Shown: positions 1 through 7,110 of the stretch, piece after piece | How positions within the stretch are numbered: position 1 is the first letter of the stretch | How the letters are laid out: the number at the start of each line of letters is the position of its first letter | Origin: Promethearchaeota archaeon | Lineage (GTDB): Archaea; Asgardarchaeota; Lokiarchaeia; Sigyniarchaeales; SOKP01 | Direction of reading: 5' to 3' | Assembly: GCA_016839745.1 (NCBI GenBank) | Contig: JAEOTS010000149.1 | Span: 1 to 31,291, forward strand | DNA: 31,291 nt | The notes under the pieces: generated by a model | What the model was told of the DNA's origin: nothing | The model's input: only the letters and a program-made list of their open reading frames with translations | Databases searched by the model: none | Program-made: the position numbers and the translations under genes

Positions 1-89
1 ATCTATAGTAATAAAAATTTCCGAAATGCTTATTAAAGTTAATTTTTAGAGATTTAGAATTATAGAATCAAGTAAAATAGTTATTTCAA

Positions 90-293
90 TTAAAACGCTA
101 AAACAACGGAAGTATTTAAATAAAAATCTTTTCTTATTCCCTCCTCTATATTCCTAAAATTAACTTTATGCTTGCCTTCTTCATAATCTATATAGTGCGG
201 TATCATTCCGGCTTCTATTAAAATATCCCCAATATCTTTAACGCTAAGTTCGGAAATTGTTCCTTTTTTGTATTCTCGTTTATATACGATTTT
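90..293 (-). pseudogene. Start-less gene fragment, unknown family (KIVYKREYKKGTISELSVKDIGDILIEAGMIPHYIDYEEGKHKVNF...)
   Basis: Manual translation gives 67 sense codons with protein-like composition between TAG (296-294) and TAA (92-90), with no start codon at the 5' end. Confidence 0.3.
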
Positions 294-399
294 CTAAGAA
301 TTACCAATGAGTCCTACCCTACCTATTTAAACGGTACGAATTCTCATTATTCGGAGTTAAATAACAAACTTTTAATAATTTTGAAGAGGATTATTGGTT

Positions 400-654
400 A
401 TGCCAAGTGAAATTCCTTATTGTCCTGTGTGCAACCATAAAACATTGTTAGAAAAACAATTTAGTTGGCTTTGGTTTTTTCTTACTGGAGGGGCTTACTT
501 GTTTTATTACTGGATAAAACCTGCGGACAGGTGTACGGTTTGTGGAGCTCGCTTGACTCTTAGTAATTCGCGGTCTGGATTCTGGTGTTGTATTTTATTT
601 TTTGGCGGTATGTCGTTGGTCCTAATAATATTCCTATTTATTTTTACACCGTGA
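400..654 (+). CDS. Small membrane-associated Zn-ribbon protein (LITAF-like layout: CxxC - hydrophobic segment - CxxC, plus C-terminal TM)
   Basis: CPVC...WLWFFLTGGAYLFYYW...CTVC; GAGGA at 386-390 upstream of ATG 400 (ORF track starts at TTG 394). Confidence 0.65.
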   Translation: MPSEIPYCPVCNHKTLLEKQFSWLWFFLTGGAYLFYYWIKPADRCTVCGARLTLSNSRSGFWCCILFFGGMSLVLIIFLFIFTP

Positions 655-658
655 ATAG

Positions 659-860
659 AAGTAGTAAATCAAGTAAAGTAGGCACCTCGCCCAAAAATCC
701 ACATGTTTTATACGCCATAAAAAATTCAACGCGAGGGCAAAACACAACTGAGTTAGTGCACTGTTTGGATCGCGTGTGAGAACTGATGTGCGCGGTTACC
801 TACCTTACTTACTGCTTAGGTGGAAAATCGCCCTAAAACTGCCAGCGAGATTGCGAGATT
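659..860. ncRNA. Candidate structured ncRNA or MITE-like fold-back element (element 1)
   Basis: GC-rich island in AT-rich DNA; long imperfect inverted repeat 659-686/794-817; inner stems CCTCGC/GCGAGG (685-690/731-736), AAACA/TGTTT, CGCG/CGCG (771-774/791-794); further hairpin TTAGG...CCTAA (816-836). Confidence 0.5.
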
Positions 861-973
861 ATTAATTTGTCAAGATTTATATACCTAATTTTTTATAATT
901 AACATTTTCCTATAGTATCCCTTTTTTCAACAATTCAAAAATATAGATCGTGGCTCAAGTTTTTGGGATCAGT

Positions 974-2578
974 TTATCGCTTGACAATTCTGCCACAGTT
1001 AAGACAATAAACTCGTCCCTTCGTTAAAAGTGTATGCAAGGATTGAGGATTCAAAATATATCTGCACTTATTACACTCAATAAAACGCAAATCTGAATGA
1101 TTAGTTTTTTTCACCTTCATTTTTTCCCCTTTTACATTGATATTCGATTCTATTGAAGAATCTCTATAGACTAATTCTGCAATTTTGTGAAAAATTTTAT
1201 AGACATTATCTCTGTTAATTATAGATATTTCAAAGTAAGTAGCATTTAAGTTTTCACTTATTTGCTCTGCCACTATTTTATCTCTTCTTTTCTCAAATTC
1301 TAAATCTTCCTTTATCCTAACTATAAATTTTGGGATTTGTCTATATGTATCTGAATTCAGAAAATTGTAAAACTGAACCATATAATTTGTCCTAGAATCA
1401 AAAACGAGAATAATAGCCTTAGCATCTTTGAGGTAAATTGGAATCATAACAGAGCTCAATTTTTCTAAAATATCCCAGACCATCAAATTAACTTTCGCAT
1501 TATCTTTTTCTAAATAGATAGACACTCCAATCAAATTAAAAGGAAAATTTTTTTCTTCATTTGGAGTAACAATTTCAGTTAACAAACGCGATTTTTTAGA
1601 ACTATTTCCTAGCAATAAAACCTTATGGGATTTGTCTTGACGACCTTCCTCTTTTGGTGGTTTTAAAAGATAACCTTCAGAGTGGAAATCTTGAATCTGT
1701 TGATCAATTACGTGAAGAATGTCGGAAATGTTAGAATTAGAGTTTTCATCAATATTTTCTAAGAAATTTTCTAATACGTCTTTTATGCTGAATAAATAAC
1801 GGGGGATATACCTTATCCATGGCTTATATGTAGCTATTTTGGGTTTAAATTGAACAACTGATATAATAATCGCTTTACTATTTGGAAGTTTTAGAGTTTG
1901 TAATAATATATTTTCAATTAAGGTCGGAAAATTACGTAGACTTGAAATTAAAAACCTCACTAGAATTTTTGGATCAGTTGAGAGTTTCCTAATAAGATCA
2001 TTTGATTCCAATATTGTTCGGAATTCAAATGGGCTAAATTCACCAATATATCCTTGATTAACGAGATATTGAACTACAGAAGGGTATCCACTTTCGAGTC
2101 TTTGCGCAATCTCCTCTTTATACACCTTTTTTGCTTTTAGATCTCCGAGTTTAGCCAATTCTCTTAATAATGGAAAAGATAAATTGCTCATTAGTATCCT
2201 AGTATCGTAATCACATTCGACCCAAGTTTGAATATTTGAACAATGTCCCCAGAATTCTTGTTCAGGAGTGATGTCATGGTTCTGATTTGGAGTGGGAGCA
2301 GCCATTGGTCCAGTAACAATTCTATTTCGGTATAAATGCTCATTATATACTTCAGTAGCTTCATCTATAGAATCAACCTCCTCATATCGAGGGATATCCT
2401 CTTTTACAATGTTTAAGACTAAACGTTTACATTGTCTAAACAGTTTTCTGTTAATGTAAAGATTAGTTTTTCTATTCTCTAATTTGAGCGTTATAAATTG
2501 ATTAATCTTTTTCGAAATCGTAGTTTCTCTGTTATAATATCGGTTAAAATTTCTTAAATCTTTTTCCCTCTCAATTAA
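974..2578 (-). CDS. Multidomain protein: Lokiarchaeal 'EFWGHCSN' N-terminal domain, degenerate Rab/Roc-like small GTPase domain and C-terminal Zn ribbon; true start lies upstream of ATG 2305
   Basis: Frame stays open about 90 codons upstream of 2305 (KINQFITLKLENRKTNLYINRKLFRQCKRLVLNI...SIDEATE), matching the start of this family as I recall it; HKVLLLGN, LMVWDI, AKAIILVFD and YFEIS motifs of the Rab fold; CNKC...CLNC at the end. Confidence 0.8.
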   Translation of the reverse strand, partial: LIEREKDLRNFNRYYNRETTISKKINQFITLKLENRKTNLYINRKLFRQCKRLVLNIVKEDIPRYEEVDSIDEATEVYNEHLYRNRIVTGPMAAPTPNQNHDITPEQEFWGHCSNIQTWVECDYDTRILMSNLSFPLLRELAKLGDLKAKKVYKEEIAQRLESGYPSVVQYLVNQGYIGEFSPFEFRTILESNDLIRKLSTDPKILVRFLISSLRNFPTLIENILLQTLKLPNSKAIIISVVQFKPKIATYKPWIRYIPRYLFSIKDVLENFLENIDENSNSNISDILHVIDQQIQDFHSEGYLLKPPKEEGRQDKSHKVLLLGNSSKKSRLLTEIVTPNEEKNFPFNLIGVSIYLEKDNAKVNLMVWDILEKLSSVMIPIYLKDAKAIILVFDSRTNYMVQFYNFLNSDTYRQIPKFIVRIKEDLEFEKRRDKIVAEQISENLNATYFEISIINRDNVYKIFHKIAELVYRDSSIESNINVKGEKMKVKKTNHSDLRFIECNKCRYILNPQSLHTLLTKGRVYCLNCGRIVKR

Positions 2579-2581
2579 TCT

Positions 2582-2734
2582 TTACTTCGCTTTCTTCAAT
2601 CTTAGGTCAATATCTCTTTTGTCCTCTGGTGATAGTTCCTTTTGGAGATTATAAAAACAATTAGGACAATTTATCCGAAACGGTCGAACCATTACATATT
2701 TGCAATTGGGGCATACTACTCTTTGTAGTCTCAT
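2582..2734 (-). CDS. 50-aa Zn-ribbon protein (MRLQRVVCPNCKYVMVRPFRINCPNCFYNLQKELSPEDKRDIDLRLKKAK), absent from the ORF track
   Basis: Manual translation; two CPNC motifs; ATG 2734, TAA 2584-2582; same frame as the downstream gene. Confidence 0.7.
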   Translation of the reverse strand: MRLQRVVCPNCKYVMVRPFRINCPNCFYNLQKELSPEDKRDIDLRLKKAK

Positions 2735-2891
2735 TTGTCAAATTTTGAATAATCACACTAGATTTTAAATGTATCTTTAAACTCTTCATAAAAGTATGTA
2801 TTATGATTTGAAAGGAATTTAAATGGAAAAAAAAAGAATTATCTTGGTTTTGGTTTTAAGGTCTTAAAACGCTTGATACAATACCTCAATA

Positions 2892-2899
2892 TTTATAAA
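2892..2899 (+). promoter_or_regulatory. Putative archaeal TATA box for element 2
   Basis: TTTATAAA about 25 nt upstream of the abrupt start of the GC-rich hairpin at 2925. Confidence 0.4.
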
Positions 2900-2922
2900 C
2901 AACATTTGCTTTTTGGTATATA

Positions 2923-3023
2923 GAGCGACAAAAATCGGACGGGTTCCGGTTTGGTTATCGCACATCGCGAGATTGAGTACCTCAATTGTTCTGATCCAGT
3001 TTCTTTTGCGGTTTATATCTGCC
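2923..3023 (+). ncRNA. Candidate small structured RNA (element 2)
   Basis: Hairpin GCGA..ATCGGA-CGGGT-TCCGGT..TCGC (2925-2961) followed by ACA; hairpin ATTGAG-TAC-CTCAAT (2972-2986); U-rich linker; hairpin GCGG/CTGC (3008-3022); G-U pairs favour the + strand. Confidence 0.45.
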
Positions 3024-3099
3024 AAGATTATTTGTTCGATTTATGGAAAAATAATAGGACTGATAATTATTATTTAATAGCTATAGGTATAAGTATATC

Positions 3100-3200
3100 A
3101 GGTGAATTTGCTAAACAGAGTTGGAAGGTCGAAAGCTCAGACCTTTGGCATATTTGCTGGAAGCATCAACACGCTGGTGGTCAAGGAGTAAATGTCACCT
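3100..3200 (+). ncRNA. Candidate three-way-junction RNA of about 100 nt (element 3)
   Basis: 13-bp closing stem AGGTGA-ATTTGCT (3100-3112) / AGTAAAT-g-TCACCT (3187-3200); hairpins AAGGTC/GACCTT (3125-3145) and CATCA/TGGTG (3164-3179); TATA-like TTTAATA at 3073-3079. Confidence 0.5.
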
Positions 3201-3437
3201 TAAAAACAATAATAAACAAAGTCTAAATTACTTCGTCCCATCTATCTAAATAAAAAATTTAAATTTCACGGAATTTCTAAAATGAATGAGACGATTATCG
3301 AGAGAAGAACCTTTAAATTACACTTAGAATTAGTTTTTGTATGGATTTTTTAGTCGAGGGAGAAGTTGTTGTCTTGGAAGGATAAAAGTTGAGAAAATAA
3401 AGAGGAAGAAGATCAAAAATTTGAGCCAACTAAAGGA

Positions 3438-3629
3438 TTCTTAAAAAATCTCGGCAAGTACGCGAAATCTCCATTATCAGCATTAGAAGAATTTGATTTT
3501 TTCGCACAAATTCAACCTATTTTTGAGAAAAAATACAATTGTAAAGTGTTAATTATGTCTGAAAATGATTCGCAAGAAAAGAAAGCAGCTCAAGCTTTAC
3601 CTGGAAAACCTGCAATTATAATAAAATAA
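3438..3629 (+). pseudogene. leuS: Orphan 3' fragment of archaeal leucyl-tRNA synthetase
   Basis: FLKNLGKYAKSPLSALEEFDFFAQIQPIFEKKYNCKVLIMSENDSQEKKAAQALPGKPAIIIK*; the terminal KAxxAxPGKPAI motif is typical of archaeal LeuRS; in-frame TGA at 3390-3392 and no suitable start. Confidence 0.75.
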
Positions 3630-3806
3630 TGGTTAATATTTATATTTCTAAAAATTACATTAATAATTATATTCTACTTCTTTTGCTTAAAATTTGACAT
3701 TAACTGCAGTATTTTAACTAATACTGTTATTCGTTAAAAAACAGAGTGAGATTAAATAAAAAAAAGGATTTTGGTTTTGTAAACCTTTTCTAAAGTATTT
3801 TACTTT

Positions 3807-5036
3807 TTATTTAAATGATGAAATCAAACCTAACTCGGAATCTAACGGATTTCCTAAGCAGAAATACACATTATTCTTAGTATCGACAAAAAACGACCCA
3901 GTAGTCCCTACTTCTAAGGGATCTGGAGAAGTATATCTTCGCGCTACCAGAGGGTCTGAAAAAATTTCAAATAAGTCTTTGATGTTTAATTTTCCGTCTT
4001 GACTATAAGTTTGGCATAATTCTGAGACTCTATTATAACGTTCTACATATTTATTAGGATAAATCATAAAAGACTTAAAATAGGGATTCTCGTATATATT
4101 TGCGTCAAATGTATATTTTCCTCTCCAAACTCTTTCAACTGAATAAGAATTAGGAATTGTTTCTATTGCTATTATATGACGCCTATCTCTAATAATATAA
4201 TTCCAACCTAATGTAAAATCGTTATCAAGGATAATATTCTTAGCTTGTCTGACATTCTTAGCGTTTTCCAACGCACTTCTATAGATTACTGAAATAGGTT
4301 TGCCTACACATCCTACATTAAATACTTCAAGTAAATTGGTCGAAATTGCTACTCCGTATTTATTAACTCCCCCCATTGCTAACATACTTCCCGTTCTGAA
4401 GGAGAAAACCTTTTTGCCTTGAATTTTAGTATAAACCCAAGATGCAGTAGGTTGCATAAGAAGTGAGATATCTATAGTTTGCCCTAAAATAGCTTTTCTT
4501 CCCATATTAGAAGCAATAGCAGTGCACCCCGCAACTATTAGAGGTGGTTGAGGGTATCCAGAAAGTATCGGGATAATTTTGCCGTAATATATGTCCCAGA
4601 AGCAATTCTGAGCTAAAACATCCAAGAAATCTATTGTTATCTCGTAAATCTGATTCATAAAAGGAATTTGAACGAAATCAATTGCAGCGGCTATTCCATG
4701 CATTTCCAAAATGTTTTCTTCAGAAAAGTAATCGAGGTAATCCAAAGCATAATAGATTGCCACATCATAAGAGAGGCCTATTTGCTCTGCTTGAAGCATA
4801 ATCATAAGTTTCATCCACGCTGTTTGAAACGCTAAATTCTTACCTTCCAAATATCCAAGGGTGTAGTAGTTATCCGCTGCAACATATAGGTAAGGCTGAC
4901 CATTTGAGAATTTCCATTTAGCATAATTTGAATAATCTGAATCTCCTTCACAAGCTACAGTTGAATTTAAAAAGCAAAATCCTATAGAAAAAGCCATAAT
5001 AAATACTAGTAACGTTGATTTATTTCTTAATCGCAT
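3807..5036 (-). CDS. Secreted C45-family autoproteolytic Ntn-hydrolase/acyltransferase (NAAA/AAT-like)
   Basis: N-terminal signal or TM segment, YTLGYLEG, GCTAIA nucleophile Cys, LGQTID, GGVNKYGVAISTN, WNYII. Confidence 0.85.
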   Translation of the reverse strand: MRLRNKSTLLVFIMAFSIGFCFLNSTVACEGDSDYSNYAKWKFSNGQPYLYVAADNYYTLGYLEGKNLAFQTAWMKLMIMLQAEQIGLSYDVAIYYALDYLDYFSEENILEMHGIAAAIDFVQIPFMNQIYEITIDFLDVLAQNCFWDIYYGKIIPILSGYPQPPLIVAGCTAIASNMGRKAILGQTIDISLLMQPTASWVYTKIQGKKVFSFRTGSMLAMGGVNKYGVAISTNLLEVFNVGCVGKPISVIYRSALENAKNVRQAKNIILDNDFTLGWNYIIRDRRHIIAIETIPNSYSVERVWRGKYTFDANIYENPYFKSFMIYPNKYVERYNRVSELCQTYSQDGKLNIKDLFEIFSDPLVARRYTSPDPLEVGTTGSFFVDTKNNVYFCLGNPLDSELGLISSFK

Positions 5037-5326
5037 ATGACTTCTCCTATTTAAATGGTATTATAATTTAATTAAAATTTGTATACTACTGTAAGAAAAT
5101 AGCGATTTAAACCCCTTGTTTTCCTGTTTTTTGTTACTTTTTCAATTAAATTACTAATAACATAACTTGAATTTTATATGCATCTTAAAATGTTTCTGAT
5201 TGAAGCGTTTGAGAATTATAATTTCCTAACTTAAATTCAGTAGGTTCAAATATAAATACTCAAATCTATATTTATATAAAAAATAATAATTCACTCTGTG
5301 AATTTATTTAAATTTTCTCCTAAAAC

Positions 5327-6184
5327 ATGACATTCTACGAACTTTCGGTCATAACTAACACAGGATATCCATATTACAATTTAAAATTGAAAGATCCCCC
5401 TAATGGTGCGAGTATATTATTAAGATTTTTTGATTTTACTCATAACAATTCAGAACGAGATACTAAATTGGATCCCGTTAGTTTATTTGAACTCAACGCT
5501 GGATTAGTTTCTGCTTTATTTGAATTTGCACGAAATATTAATAAAAAAATCGAAATTCTTGAATTTAGATCTGGCAAAAAAGAAGTGTCAAAAAATAACG
5601 GTAAGAATTATGAAGGTGATGTATTAATTACAACTCAAACAGAGCCTTACTTACTTCATAAGTCTGTTAAGGAAAAAATAAAGCTTATTTATAACACGGT
5701 AATAGCCACTAAAATTCCACTTGATTCAGCCTTAGAATTACTGCAAAATGAAGAAGATAATATTATAGATATATTGACTGATTCAGCAGCAAGGAAACGT
5801 ATAAAAGCACATAAAAAGGAGATCGATCGCTTAGCAAATGATTTTTTAACAGAAATGAATAGCTTTGGTTTACATGGTATTTGTATAACCTCCTTCGATT
5901 TATCACCCATCACAGTTTACGGGAATAAATATTCATTAAATGATGTAGATGCAATTCTAAGAAACATTGGCATATTTCCTAATATTATACCACTTGAGTG
6001 GATTTATCGGCAGTCTTACATTTTAAACGAACAAATATGGGTTTACATAATAAAATCAGGAGTTGGGCCGACTATTAACGGGCTATTCGAGCCCTACTTC
6101 TATTTGTTGTTTGCGGATCCTCAATCTTATTTAGGAGAGTTTCCAGGAAAACTTGCTACAAAATTTAATCAAATTCTAGGATAA
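5327..6184 (+). CDS. Conserved hypothetical protein, probable longin-like plus roadblock-like two-domain protein
   Basis: N-half FYELSVITNTGYPYY...LNAGLVSALFEFA; C-half GLHGICITSFDLSPI...YLLFADPQSYLG; ORF clear, domain call by pattern only. Confidence 0.6.
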   Translation: MTFYELSVITNTGYPYYNLKLKDPPNGASILLRFFDFTHNNSERDTKLDPVSLFELNAGLVSALFEFARNINKKIEILEFRSGKKEVSKNNGKNYEGDVLITTQTEPYLLHKSVKEKIKLIYNTVIATKIPLDSALELLQNEEDNIIDILTDSAARKRIKAHKKEIDRLANDFLTEMNSFGLHGICITSFDLSPITVYGNKYSLNDVDAILRNIGIFPNIIPLEWIYRQSYILNEQIWVYIIKSGVGPTINGLFEPYFYLLFADPQSYLGEFPGKLATKFNQILG

Positions 6185-6213
6185 ATATAGATCCAATAGT
6201 GTTATATAACTAA

Positions 6214-6999
6214 TTAGTTAATGGATTCTTCGGCAGCCTTAATTATCTCATAAAGAGATTTAGATTGAAGAGATGCTCCTCCAACTAAACCTCCATCAAT
6301 ATTTTCTTTATCAAATATCTCTTTTGCATTAGTTGGTTTAATTGAACCTCCATATTGAATTCTGATTGTTTGCGCTGTGTTTTTTCCATAGATTTTAGTT
6401 ATGAGTTCGCGAATAAATATGTGAATCTCTTCAGCTTGCTCTGGAGTAGCTGTTTTTCCTGTGCCAATTGCCCAAATTGGTTCATAAGCTATAATAACTC
6501 TGCTTAGTTCTTCACTCTTTAAATCTTTAAAAGTTAGATTAAATTGGTTTTCAATTACTTCTTTAGTCCTGCCAGCTTCCCTTTCTTCTAAGTGTTCTCC
6601 TATACATACGATAGGTTTTAAGTCAGATTTTAAAGCTGTTTTTAATTTTTTGTTTATTAAATCATCACTCTCGTTAAAAATATCCCTTCTTTCGCTATGA
6701 CCTAGAATAACATATTCACATCCTAGATCGTTTAAGAAAATAGGAGAAACTTCCCCTGTAAAAGCACCTTTCTCCTCATAATACATATTCTGTGCCCCAA
6801 CCATAATATTTGAGTTTTTAACTGTTTGTATGGTCGAGAATAAAGCTGTAAATGGTGGAGCTATTACAATATCGACAGATTTCATTTTCTCCACTAAAGG
6901 GATCAATTCTTTAAGCATTTTAATTGCTTCTGAGGGCGTTCCCTTGTTCATCTTCCAGTTCCCACCAATAATTGGATTTCTCATTTTAATTTCACTCAA
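6214..6999 (-). CDS. tpiA: Triosephosphate isomerase, bacterial/eukaryotic type (start may be ATG 6984)
   Basis: GNWKMN, GAFTGEVS, ILGHSERR, AYEPIWAIGTG, QYGGS, DGGLVGGASL. Confidence 0.98.
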   Translation of the reverse strand: MSEIKMRNPIIGGNWKMNKGTPSEAIKMLKELIPLVEKMKSVDIVIAPPFTALFSTIQTVKNSNIMVGAQNMYYEEKGAFTGEVSPIFLNDLGCEYVILGHSERRDIFNESDDLINKKLKTALKSDLKPIVCIGEHLEEREAGRTKEVIENQFNLTFKDLKSEELSRVIIAYEPIWAIGTGKTATPEQAEEIHIFIRELITKIYGKNTAQTIRIQYGGSIKPTNAKEIFDKENIDGGLVGGASLQSKSLYEIIKAAEESIN

Positions 7000-7110
7000 T
7001 TATGTTTTTTATTATATTTAGATAAAACTCAATTACTATTTCAATTTAAGCTTTAATAGCAGAGTACAAACCTAAATGATATAATTTTATAAAAAGAGAT
7101 AGGAAGAATA

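Noticed and set aside
585-779. 64-aa ORF
   Set aside because: Overlaps the Zn-ribbon gene and the structured element; no recognisable motifs
831-836. CCCTAA telomere-like hexamer in element 1
   Set aside because: Single copy, expected by chance
2971-2983. Resemblance of ATTGAGTACCTC to U2 snRNA stem-loop IV
   Set aside because: Short match needing a gap, folded differently, no other U2 features; likely chance
2951-3226. 91-aa TTG-start ORF
   Set aside because: No motifs or RBS; spans two GC-rich foldable blocks and an AT-rich promoter-like spacer, so better explained as non-coding (not fully excluded)
3707-3726. Inverted repeat CAGTATT/AATACTG between convergent units
   Set aside because: Only 7 bp and AT-rich; insufficient to call a terminator or operator
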